Program-made: the position numbers and the translations under genes
Source: Thraustochytrium aureum
Lineage: Eukaryota
Assembly (NCBI GenBank): GCA_012862495.1
Contig: BLSG01000216.1
Coordinates: forward strand, 523,796 to 587,709
Reading direction: 5' to 3'
DNA length: 63,914 nt
Shown here: piece after piece, positions 10,033 to 21,100 of the stretch
How positions within the stretch are numbered: the first letter of the stretch is position 1
Layout: every line of letters starts with the position of its first letter
The notes under the pieces: model-generated
Seen by the model: only the letters and a program-made list of their open reading frames with translations
Database searches by the model: none
Told to the model about the DNA's origin: nothing

Positions 10033-13000
10033 TCAGCACGCGGAGTGGCCGCCTGGCGTGGCTGGCGAAACCGTGGCCCAATCGTCTGCGCTGTCGACAA
10101 CAAGGAAGCCCATGTTGCTCGATCCGCTCCGCCCCGCAGATATCTCCGACAGCATGTTGCGCGCCAGCGCGGCAAACTTCATGGCGCGCGTGGCAGCGTC
10201 CGCCGTGCGACGCGTGCGCTCCTCTTCGACAGCGACAGAAAGCGCCTTGAGTTGGGCGTTGCGAGCGAGCTCGGCCAGAACAATCTCCAGCAGGGACTGG
10301 TGCACGAAGCGCGCCTTCTCGTGCTCGTAGAGACGCTCTGCTTCGCGCGCGCTGGCCCGGCGAACGATCTCTTCCTGGACGCGGGCCGCCTTCCTGAGCA
10401 GCTCGTAGGACTCGCGCAGTTCTTCCACTTGCTGCGAGGTGGCCTTCCACGAGGCCTTGCTCACGAGCTGACGGTGGCATTCGCTAAGCGAGTGCCCCGA
10501 TTCAACCAGCGCGGTGAAGCCAGCCTTGACCTGCTCCTCGCGCTCCGCAGCGACCGCACGGTCGACCTTGTCGCGGTTGTTGACACGCTCAAACTCGCCA
10601 AGCACGGCTTGAAAGGCACTCTGCGCGGATCGAAGCACGCGCTCGGCGTCCATGGCGCGGTCCGCGGAGCGAGCGTTCATCGTCTTTTCCAGCTCGCGCA
10701 CAACGCCGTCAAACGAAGTCACCAGCAAGCGCCGCTGACGCTCGAGGTCCATGGCGCGCAGCGCTTCGCCCCGGTTGTAGACGCGCTCGACGTCCTCCAA
10801 GACGCTGTAGAGCGCCTCGACGGCGCTGCGAGTCTTGAGCGCAAGCGGGGCCTCGTCGATCCGAGCCGCTGCCTCGGCTGCGACCAGGGCGTCCACAGCG
10901 CGCTGGTTTGTGCGGCGCACCAGCTCGTCCATGGCCCTGTTCTTGTGCGTCGCAGCAACGCGCTCTGCGCGCTCGCCGTCAGCGGCGGCGATCGCGGCAG
11001 CGCGGTTGAGCGCGCGCAGCAGGTCCTGGAAAACGGCGTCCAGTTTGTCGCGGTTGATGCGTTCCTGCTGCTCGATGGCCATCGCGGCGTCAACGCCCTT
11101 GATGCGGGCATCGCGGTCGATTTCGTTCAGGAGCGCCTGAAACACGTTGCTGCTTTGACGCAGCGCCATCTGCTCTTGCATGCCCGCGAGGCGCTCGGCA
11201 CGCTCAGCCTCGACGGCGCAACGGGCCTCCGAGCGCCGGCGCTTCTGACCAAGCTCCTCAAATACGCGCTCTGCCTTCATACGCGTGACGCGCGCCATTT
11301 GCTCGGCAAGAGAGAGTTCGCGTGCGCGGCGAATGTTGACAGTGCGCACGAGCTGCTCGCAAACTGCAGGGACGCGGACCTCGGCAATGACGCGGCGCTC
11401 GCGCTCAAGGTCCATGCTTAGGTCAGCGCTGCGCTGGTTCCCACGGCGCTCAATGCTCTCGAGGAGGTCCGCGTTGACCTCCTTCCGCGACGGGTTGGCC
11501 TGTACGAGCTCGGCGCGCTCTTGCTCAACGAGCGTGCGCGCTTCTGCGCGCCTGAACTCGGCGCCCAGCTGTTCGAGCGCGCGGCAGAGGCCCTGCTGGT
11601 GGCGGACGCGAGCCACCTCCTCTTCTAGTAGCCCGAGCGCTTCCCGCCAAGCCACGGTGCGCTCGAGGTCTTGGAGCGCGCGCGCGTAAAGGCGCTGCAC
11701 AACCTTGGACTCTTGTTCGCGGTCCATGGCGCGCAAGGCGGCGCGCTGGTTTCCAAGCCGCTCGATCGCCTCGAGGACTTCAGAAGGCAGCGGGCCCGTT
11801 CGCGAAGCGCCTGCGTCGTCCGCTTTGCTCTCTGGCTCGAGCCAGTTCTTGCAGAGGCGCTCTCGCTCGGCCTCTACCATTTGCGAAATGCGGCGGGAGG
11901 ACGCTCGCAGCTCGATCTCGTCCACGACATGCGCCTGGAGGCGAGCGTGGGCGATGCTGGCTACTTCCAGGTCGACCAGCTCTCGTGTCCGGCGCCACGC
12001 CACCGTGCGCTCGAGGTCGCCAAGGACGCGCTGCTTGGTCTCGGAGATCACCCTGCGTTCCTGTTCACCGGCCATGCTGGCGTCCGCCTCCCGCTGGTTG
12101 CCCCGGCGCTCGATTGCGCAAAGGATCTCGGCCAGCTCGCCGCAGGCCTCGCGCGCCTTGATCGCGGCGGCCTGCTCTGCGACCAGCTGCTTTTGCGTCT
12201 CCCGCACCACTGCTGTGACTTGGCGGCGACGGCTCGCCTCCGCAGATGCCGCAGCAACGCTGCTGTACGTGCCGCGGAGCACGCGGTCGCGCTGCTCGCG
12301 GCCGGCCGACCTATCGGCCTCTTTCTGGTTGGCCTTTCGCGTGGCCTGATACACGCACGTTTCGAAGACGGTCTCCAGGAGGTGCTCGAGGCGCGCGAGA
12401 TTCTCGGCGCGCAGAGCCTCGCGCTTGCTGTATGCAGAGACGATTCTTTCGTTTAGCGTCGACTTTGCGTCGGCGAGCTCGGGGCTGGGCGAGTCTGCCA
12501 TGGCCACGATCTGGCGTTGGCGCTCCACCTCCTGAGCCTGCAGCGCGGACTTCTTGTTGGCGACGCGCTCGAGCTCACTGAAGACGTCCAGCTTGTTGTC
12601 GCTGGCGATGCGACGCACGCGCTCCTTCTCCATGCTGCGATCGGCCCGCGCGCGGTTGAACGCGCGCTCCAGCGTCGTCACGAGGTTGCCCTTCTTCTCG
12701 CAGACGACGCGCTCGAGGCGCTCGCCCTCCTCGGCGGCCAGCACCTCCTTCTTGAGCACCGAGCGAGCCGCGTCGTTGGCCACTGCGGGGAGCCGGGCGA
12801 AAAACTTTTCGTGCGTGGGGAGTCCGAGGGTCTCCCGGCGGCACTTCTCGTCCAAGACCATCCTGTCCACCATGCGCACATTGGCCGACCTCTCCTCGTT
12901 CTCCTGCGCCTCAATCTCGCGATCCTCCATGACGCGCCTCGTCTGCTCTTCATCCGACAGCGTCATGGCCATCACCTGGTTCGCCCTCCGTTCCAGCTGC

Positions 13001-13083
13001 TCATTCACGCGACCAAACACGTCCATGCTGGCGCGGCGCGCCTTCTCCTCCTCGAAGGCGCGTCGCGACTCCACGGACGCCAT
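10033..13083 (-). CDS. Uncharacterised alpha-helical protein built of ~33-aa tandem repeats
   Basis: 1016-aa ORF rich in E/R/A, with recurrent (I/L/V)ERxxNxRxAxxxMxxExxRR units. An upstream ATG at 13216 may be the true start if further indels are present. Confidence 0.8.
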   Translation of the reverse strand: MASVESRRAFEEEKARRASMDVFGRVNEQLERRANQVMAMTLSDEEQTRRVMEDREIEAQENEERSANVRMVDRMVLDEKCRRETLGLPTHEKFFARLPAVANDAARSVLKKEVLAAEEGERLERVVCEKKGNLVTTLERAFNRARADRSMEKERVRRIASDNKLDVFSELERVANKKSALQAQEVERQRQIVAMADSPSPELADAKSTLNERIVSAYSKREALRAENLARLEHLLETVFETCVYQATRKANQKEADRSAGREQRDRVLRGTYSSVAAASAEASRRRQVTAVVRETQKQLVAEQAAAIKAREACGELAEILCAIERRGNQREADASMAGEQERRVISETKQRVLGDLERTVAWRRTRELVDLEVASIAHARLQAHVVDEIELRASSRRISQMVEAERERLCKNWLEPESKADDAGASRTGPLPSEVLEAIERLGNQRAALRAMDREQESKVVQRLYARALQDLERTVAWREALGLLEEEVARVRHQQGLCRALEQLGAEFRRAEARTLVEQERAELVQANPSRKEVNADLLESIERRGNQRSADLSMDLERERRVIAEVRVPAVCEQLVRTVNIRRARELSLAEQMARVTRMKAERVFEELGQKRRRSEARCAVEAERAERLAGMQEQMALRQSSNVFQALLNEIDRDARIKGVDAAMAIEQQERINRDKLDAVFQDLLRALNRAAAIAAADGERAERVAATHKNRAMDELVRRTNQRAVDALVAAEAAARIDEAPLALKTRSAVEALYSVLEDVERVYNRGEALRAMDLERQRRLLVTSFDGVVRELEKTMNARSADRAMDAERVLRSAQSAFQAVLGEFERVNNRDKVDRAVAAEREEQVKAGFTALVESGHSLSECHRQLVSKASWKATSQQVEELRESYELLRKAARVQEEIVRRASAREAERLYEHEKARFVHQSLLEIVLAELARNAQLKALSVAVEEERTRRTADAATRAMKFAALARNMLSEISAGRSGSSNMGFLVVDSADDWATVSPATPGGHSAC

Positions 13084-13834
13084 CCTGCGTCAGCCAGCGC
13101 CTCGACCTCCTTTTCCACCAAATGCTCCTGCAGCTGCGCCTCCTTTCGCTTCCCGACTCCGGCTGCTGCCGCTCCTCGACTTCGATTGGGGTCTGCTCGT
13201 CATTCGATGCATCCATCGACGCTAACTAGCAACTACATGCAGCATGCATTCGCTCCTTACTAGTAGCGTCTCTCTGCCACAAGGCGCTCTCTCTCTCACT
13301 AGCGCAGAGGCTTTCGTCGAAAAATTCAAAAAGTCTCACGAAAGTCCTCCTCACAGCTCCTCGCGAGCCGCCCCCTTGAGAGGGGACGCTTTGCTTTTCT
13401 CGGCGAAAAAGCGCATAAAACCCCTGCTCGCCTCACTCGCCGCGAGGTTGATGCTGAGAGCGGCACCGGGTCGCCCTCACAACGGCGGCCGCGCGGTTGA
13501 GAGGCGCCGCTTGAAACCGGCGCGAAACGCCCGCGTTCGCCGCGCGGAATCCCCGGCGCGCTGTGAGGGCGACAATCGCGCGGCGCGAGCGAGCAGAGAG
13601 GAGAGAGAGGAGAGAGAGCAGGGGCGTTTTGGGAGGCGGCCGCCGCCCGCGACACCATGTGGGGCCTGCGCGACGGTCCCGCGGGAGAGTGGACGGGCGC
13701 TCGATTTTGACCCCGATGCCGATGCGGTGGACCTGCGTGTGCCACGCGACGCAGGCAGGCCGACCAGTGAGTGACTCCTTCCTGGTCGCGAAGGCCTCGG
13801 CTGCCGCTGCACCAGGCGTTCCAGAAGGACCTGA

Positions 13835-13856
13835 CTGCTGCTGCTGCTGCTGCTGC
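13835..13856. repeat. (CTG)n microsatellite
   Basis: About 7 tandem CTG units. Confidence 0.8.
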
Positions 13857-15168
13857 TCTCGCTTCCAGCTCGTCAACGGCCATGCGTGCGGGTTGGGAGG
13901 ACGGCCGAATGCCACTTGCGTTGCGAGCTCGAGCGGCGCACGGCGGATCGCGGACTGGGCGTCCTGCCTGCACACGTGAGGGTGAACGGAAGTGTTCGGG
14001 ACTCGATGGCGGTCCCGCGCTACTCGTTTCGGCCGCAGGAAGGGCACCATCGTGCGCGTGGGGCCGCCAGCCTCTGGCTGCGACCACGGGGCGAGCGCGA
14101 AACGCTCGAGCACAAGCGGGCGTTTCAAGGGGGCCCACAAACACGCCCCTGGTCGTTCAGCTGGGAACTGACGGCTCCCTGACTGCGCGAGCAAGGAGCG
14201 CGAGCCAGAGCAAATCATCTCGAGGAGCCCAGCACAGGAGTCCTTGTNNNNNNNNNNNNNNNNNNNNNNNNNNNNNNNNNNNNNNNNNNNNNNNNNNNNN
14301 NNNNNNNNNNNNNNNNNNNNNNNNNNNNNNNNNNNNNNNNNNNNNNNNNNNNNNNNNNNNNNNNNNNNNNNNNNNNNNNNNNNNNNNNNNNNNNNNNNNN
14401 NNNNNNNNNNNNNNNNNNNNAACTTGAGCTCTTAGAGACGAGTCCGGCCTCAAGTCCTTGCTCGCTTCGCTGGCTTGGCCGGCCGCCTTGCGTGCGACGT
14501 GTCGCCGTTTCCCGGCCGGCCCTCGTCGCCGCACCGCTTCCCGTCGCAACTTGATGAAAAAAATGGAGGAGCACCTCATCCGCGTCGCGCCGAGCACGAT
14601 TGGCGAGCGGGGCCGGTGCGATGACGGGCACGGCGCAACTGCATGCAGCACGAACTGGCTCGCCAAGCCCCTCGAGAGCTTGTCGAAGCGTCGAATGGCC
14701 CAGCTTCGGCCCGTGACAACCACGGACCAAGCCTGGCCCGCCCACGTTGGGCTGGACTCGCCGAGCGAGTTGATCCCTCGAGCCGGAGCCAAGGGCGCTG
14801 CCTCCTGCCGATGCCGACCCTGCACTCGGCAAGCAAGCGAGCCCTTACTTGCCATTTGCTTGCTTGGAGACCAACTCGCTGGCGCAGCCGAGTTGGCAGA
14901 CGAGCTAGAGCTGCATACAAAGCCGGCAGGCAGCCAGGCTCGCTGGCCGGCTGGCTGGCGCGCAGGCTGGCTGGCGTGACGCGTTGTCGTTGTCGTTGCG
15001 GGCTCATCAACGCGCCGGATCATCAATCGTGTTGTGATCTCGTTCGTCATGAACATTTACTGTTTCCCTTTGGCGGTTGGCCAGTGGGATCGATCGATTG
15101 CGCGCGGTTTACGTCCAGGCGGCAGAGACGCAACAGTGCCTGCGCCGCACCCGAGCGCTCGCGGCGGC

Positions 15169-18100
15169 ATGGTGGACAGGGGTCCTCGGCGCCAGTCGTT
15201 TGACCAGTGGGCCCATGGGTTCGGCGGGTCGAGGAGCGGGCTTCACGCAGTGAACCAAGGTCAGGGGAATGACCATCGCACTTTGCCCCAGCGGAATGGG
15301 CCTGGCAGAGACGGGCCCGGGGAGGAGCGGACAGGGCCACGAGCGGCGGAGGCAACGGAGTTGCCGAACGCAGAGCGGAAGGTGGCGGGGTTCTCGTTCG
15401 AGGCACTGTTGGACGCCACGGACAGCCACATCCGCGACCTACAGACCAAAGTCCATGGCGTCACGCAGAACAGCCAAAGTGCGAGACCATTGCAAGAAGT
15501 CTCTCCTGCACTAGCGGACGAATTCGACGACGCGCTGTTGTCCAACTCCGAACTCAACTCCAGCTATCAGCGAGGTAAGGTCGCGGCATTGTTCAGGGAG
15601 CCGCAGCCGCAACACGCTCGCCAGGGCGCTGTTGAGCCCGACCCTGTCTTCCCAATGCCAATGCCCGCAACCTCGCCTTATGTAGCATCGCCGCTGCCTG
15701 CGCCTCCGCAGCGATTCTCGCCGCGGACTGGCGTCAGGCAAACACCGCGACAAATCGCCAGCGGTTCGAGACCGGGAACGGCTCGGTCACAGGGAACAGC
15801 AGCTTCAGCAGCGCGATCTGCCGAGCGGACACGGGCGAGTAGTACAGAAAGAGACCCGGGCGAGAGGTCCCTGCCGCCGTCTCGCGAGCAAGTCGAGTCT
15901 TGGACGGGCTCCTCGGAGCCCGTCGTTCGGAACGGCCACGCAAGCACGCCGAGGAGCTCGCCCAGGCGGGCGAGGGCGCTTTCAGCAAATTCTGGGCCCC
16001 GATCCCCGCTAGCGCTCAGGATGCAAGCCAGGGTCGAAAAACTTGAGCAAAAGGGGCGAAGCCAGATTCGTGCAGGGCGCCCGGAAAAGGCCAGAGCTGC
16101 TGTTCGGCGCCTCAAGAGCATAACCGAAAAGTTGTACGCAAGGATCGCATCTCGCGCTCTTCGCAACCTCCGCGAAAATGCCGTCGGATACAACTCAGGC
16201 TCCGATACGGACCTCGCCGATGAAGACGGCGCATGGTCGTCCGACGAGGAAATCCAATCCCGAGGACGACGCGTGCCGCGGCTTCCGCCGCCGCCATCTC
16301 GACAACTTCGCCCACATCTTCGCAAGGACCGGCCCTAGAGGCAATTGCGGCCCGGCTACTGAGGGGCGCTGTATCCCGTGCTCTGTGCAGGCGGAAGGCG
16401 AGAGCAATACGTGTTTGGCGAGCCGCTACACGCACAGCTGCACGCAAGCAGGCCGCAGCGGCTCGCCTTGCAGCATCAGCTNNNNNNNNNNNNNNNNNNN
16501 NNNNNNNNNNNNNNNNNNNNNNNNNNNNNNNNNNNNNNNNNNNNNNNNNNNNNNNNNNNNNNNNNNNNNNNNNNNNNNNNNNNNNNNNNNNNNNNNNNNN
16601 NNNNNNNNNNNNNNNNNNNNNNNNNNNNNNNNNNNGGCCTCCACGTAGACGCGCGTGCCTTGTCCCTCTCATTCCGAATGCTAGCGGCGGAGCGGCCGCG
16701 GCTGGCGCGCGCCAATAAGGCGCTTTCGGATACCCGAGCGGTTCTGCAAGGCGTCCGCAAGCATCTCGTGGACGCGCGCAATACACGCGTTGCCGAAACG
16801 CAGCGCCTTGGCGCCCTGATTCTTGTTCAGATGGTTCGAGCGCGAGCCAAGCAAGCCGTGCTGAAGCGCTTCGCACATTGGGCCGCCTCCGCAAAGGCCG
16901 CTCGACAGCGCGACCTGTCCGCAGCAATTCGAGCCATGGAGCGCCTGGCTGTTGACTCGAGGCAGCAACGCGTTGCAGACCAAATCGAGGACACGTGCAC
17001 CAACTTTGCAATCGCGCAGCTAGAGCAAACAAGACGCGACTTTCTTCTCTCCCGTGCGCTCGCACGCGTCGAGCGTCGGAGAACGTCTCGCGGATTCCAG
17101 GCGCTCGCTCGGTTCGCGCTCGGTGCAGGGTCTGCCTCAAAAGCTTTGGCACTGTCGACATCCGCAGCTCAAGCGCGAGCGGTGGCCCTGTCACGCGCAT
17201 TTGCAGCGTGGCGGCTAGCGCGGCCGGCTTTGCGGTGGCAAAACCAGTCGTGCGTGCTCTTCACAGGGGCGCTAGCGCGATGGTTGCGCAGACGGGCTCG
17301 TTCGAGTCTCCATCGCGGGTTCGCCGCGCTAAAGGCTGCAGCAAGGGCACGTGGCAGCGTCTCGCGGACCCTTCGGACCGCGTTGGGGCGGTGGCGAAAC
17401 GTCAATCTGTCCGCCGCGTTCTCCGTCTGGGCTTCACGGACCGGCAATAGCCGGGCTGGTTTGCAAGCCGCGAGGCTCATTTCGGTGCTCCTCAAATGGC
17501 GCCTACACAGAATTAACTTTGCATTCACGACCTGGCGGCGCAATGCCCTCAACCAACGTTCGCGCTCTAGCAGAGCCAGCGCCGTGGCGCTGGCCCTTGC
17601 CCGCCTTCTTCGCAGCCGCTACGACCGCGCCAAGCCCTCTATCGCCTTCGCGCCAACGCGATTCGCCAGCATGCGATCGTGAACGATGCAGCGGTGCTAA
17701 AGTACCACCGAAGAATCTCGCTCGTCTCGATCCTCGAGCGCGCCGCCGCCGCTCTGGCGCGGTGGAAGATGGCTAGCGTATTCCGAGCGCTGCAGAAGTG
17801 GCGCCAGGTCGCACTACTAGATGCGGGAGACCAGCAGCTAGCGTCACGGCTTTTGGCCCGCGTCGCGCTCCGCTGGCACTTGTCCCAAAAGGCGCGGGCA
17901 TGGCGAACATGGGTCTCCTTTGCCAACTCGCGAGCGCGTCACGATCTCATGCTCAGGCGCACCCTATCCAATTGGCGGTTCCGGCGCGCAAGCTCGGCCT
18001 TTCAAGCGTGGGCAGCGTTTGCAGCAGCTCGACGGGCCCGCAAAGCACGCCTGCGAACTGTCGTGGGAAGATGGGCGCTCCAAAACCAAAGCCGCGCGTT

Positions 18101-21100
18101 TTCGCAGTGGGCGCAAGTGTCGAGCGCTCAGCGCGTCTCAGGCGCCTCGCGAGCGGCCGCGACCATGGCGACATACATTGTCCGCTGGGAGGCGCGCGAA
18201 CTAGGTGTCGGCTTTCGAACGTTGAAGAGCAACGCGGTGGCTGCCCGCAAAGCAGAACGCTTCTCGCGCCATCGAGGGCTCGCAGCCGCCGCGCTGCGTC
18301 GCATAATACATCGGTGGCGCTCTGCCAGCGTTTATAGGGCGTTCTTGCGCTGGGCAGCCGTTGCGCGCGATCGCAGCACTGCGCAACGACATTGCTCGCT
18401 CATCCTCAAGAAGATCTTGGCCGCCAAAGCGCACCGGGACGCGATCTCGGTTCGACGTGCGCTCCGCTTCTGGCAACGGGCTACCGCGCGGCGGACGACG
18501 TGCACCTCGCCGCCTCCGCTCGTCGACGGGCGGGCCTCTTAGTATCTCGCCTGCTGCGACGTGCAGCAAGCCACAACGCGGCGGCGGCCGTGGCGCTCTG
18601 GCGGTCCGTCACACGCCAGAAGAGTCGCGCGGAGGATCGATTGCGCCGCTTGCTGCGCAGAATGGCAAGCAGCCGGACCGCCGCGGCTTTTGAGACGTGG
18701 CGCGAACGCTCTCGCGCGGGAGCTCGCATCGACCGCTGTCTGGGGATTGCATGCCAAAGGATTGCGTCGCAATGGGCCCGAGTCGCGCTTCGCGCGCTTG
18801 CTCGCAATGCACTTTCATGTCGACGCCTTGAGTCTGTGCTGCGAAGGTTCCGCGCTGTGCAGGCTCGTCTCGCGTTCCGGCAGTGGTCGGGTGACACTCC
18901 ATAAGGCGCACTGCACGTCGACCCTACGACTTGTGCTGCGAAGGTGGCAGCGACGCCGCCAAGCCGCCGCGTTTACGTCCTGGAGGGACTACGCGGATCG
19001 AAAGACCACTTGGGCAATTTGCGTGCTTGGTGCTGCGCGCAGGATGCGCCACATGCGTCTCGTTTTGGCTTTTGAGCGCTGGACGACCCAGACTCGCGAG
19101 CGAGCGTTGTGTCTGGCCGCTGCTAGGAGGCTCTATCTGCAGGTCAAGTCCTCGCAAAAGCTCAACGTGGCTCTCGCGCTACGTCGACTGCAGTCCAACG
19201 CACAGCAGATGCGCGTCAACACCGGCATCTTGGCTCGTGCATTTAGACGATGGCACCTGCGCAAGGCTCTTCAGGCATTCAACAAGCTCAAACACCACGC
19301 TGGCGTGGCCCAACAAGCCGAAAACGGCGCAAGACTCGCCCTTCAGTGCTGGCGACGCGCCAAGCTTCGCGCCTACCTATCACATTGGAGAAGTTGCGTA
19401 GAGGGCAATGCAGCCCTGTGGAACGCGCTCGCCCTGCTCTTTCCCCGAGCGCGTCTGGCGCGCAGCTTCCAGCAGTGGAGGCTGGCTGGGAGAGCCCTCT
19501 CGGCACAATCGCGAGGAGCTGCAGTGATCGTTGCTGTCCTGCGGCGGTGGTCAAAGGTCGCTCAGGCTCGCGCTTTTCGCGGCTTACAGGTCTCCACTCG
19601 TCAAGAGTCGGAACGAATCAGGTACATCACCCTCGCGCAGCGACGCTGGTCGCACCGCACGGTGTACTCGGCATTCCAAGCCTGGCAGGAGGCTGCCAAT
19701 CTGAGCCGTCGGCGAAAGGAGCGCTTGGGCAACGCCTTGTCGCTCTGGCCCCACGTACTTGCCCGTGTGGCACTCCGGCGCCTCGCGCAGCATGCAGAAA
19801 GCGCGTCAAACATCAGCTACGGGGCGCGAGTCCTTTGTCGCGTGGTGAAGCGCTGGCGCGAGAAGCAGGTTTCGGCAGCGTTCCGGTTCTGGCACAAGCA
19901 CGCCAAGGCGCAGAACGAAAAAAGACGAGCCATCGCAGGGCTCCTTCGCAGCTCGCGAGGCGGCCGCGTCCTCGTCGCGTTTCGGACCTGGCACAGGGCT
20001 GCTTTTGTTCGCCGGAAGGAACGGCAGGTCCTTCAATCGGTCTTTTCTAGATGGCGGCGTCGGGCCCTCGCTGCGGCACTGCGCAGCTGGGCAACTGCAG
20101 CTCGCGCCAACAGAGCAAAGAGCGCGGCGATCGCACGGCTCGGCCGGGCATTCCAAAGTTGGGACCAGAGAGGAAAAGCTCGCAGCTTGAAGACTTGGGC
20201 AGAAGCAACACGTTCCTCAGCCGTGGCTGAAATTCGGCTGCTCCGAACGGTCAACATCTGGGTCCGAGCGATGCGACGGCAAGCGTTTCGGTTGTGGCTC
20301 CGACATTGCTCGCGAGTAAGTCGAAGTGCACGAATACTTGGTCGCCTTGAGCAGTCGTCGCACGTTTCGGCAATGCGAAGTGCTTTTCGCGAGTGGCATC
20401 GGCAGTCCGAGCGCCAAAGGCACCAGCAAGTTGCGCTTGGCCGCGTCCTCCTCGGGTGGCGGAGCCGAAGGCGGTCCTGCGCGTGGCGGACATGGCGCCA
20501 AAACGACCATGCGCAGCAAGAGAGACTGTCGGCCCTGGGTCGCCTGGTGTGCCGGTCGATCGTCGGCGCGAAGCGGCGCGCACTTTGGAACTGGAAACTC
20601 ACGTGCGACGTTGAGCGCCGAAAAGCCACTGGTTCGCGGCTTTTACTGCGAGGCATCGCACGTTGGCAAAAGCGCCAATTGCAGGGCGCGTTTGATCGGT
20701 GGATTGTCATGCGCACACTTTGGCATGAAGACCCAGAGAAGCAGCGGCGAGTCGCTCAGCAGAGCGCGCTCAAGGCGATACTTGCCAAGTTGGGCCAACG
20801 AGCCAAGTCGAGCGGGTTTCACCGGTGGGCGCGCTTTGTGTCGTTTGGCCTTGGCCTCGAAGCCCCACGAAGCAACGATGCAGAGGCCGTTCTCCGCAGT
20901 CAAGAGGCAGTTAGAGTGGCGCGCACAGCAGCAGAGCGCCTCGCGCAGAGTCGACTTGTCTTTGCTCGAGCGTTTTATGGTTGGCGTGTCCACGCTCGCG
21001 CCAAGCGAGCAGCAACGGCGAACACCGTGCGAACCTTGGCGCGTTGGGGTTCGGGTGCTGTGCAGCGCCGAGCGTTCACTGAATGGAGACGAATTGTTCA

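Noticed and set aside
13300..15030. Several 150-300 aa ORFs in the divergent region
   Set aside because: They are low-complexity Arg/Ala/Pro translations in all frames with microsatellites and a gap, and show no recognisable domain.
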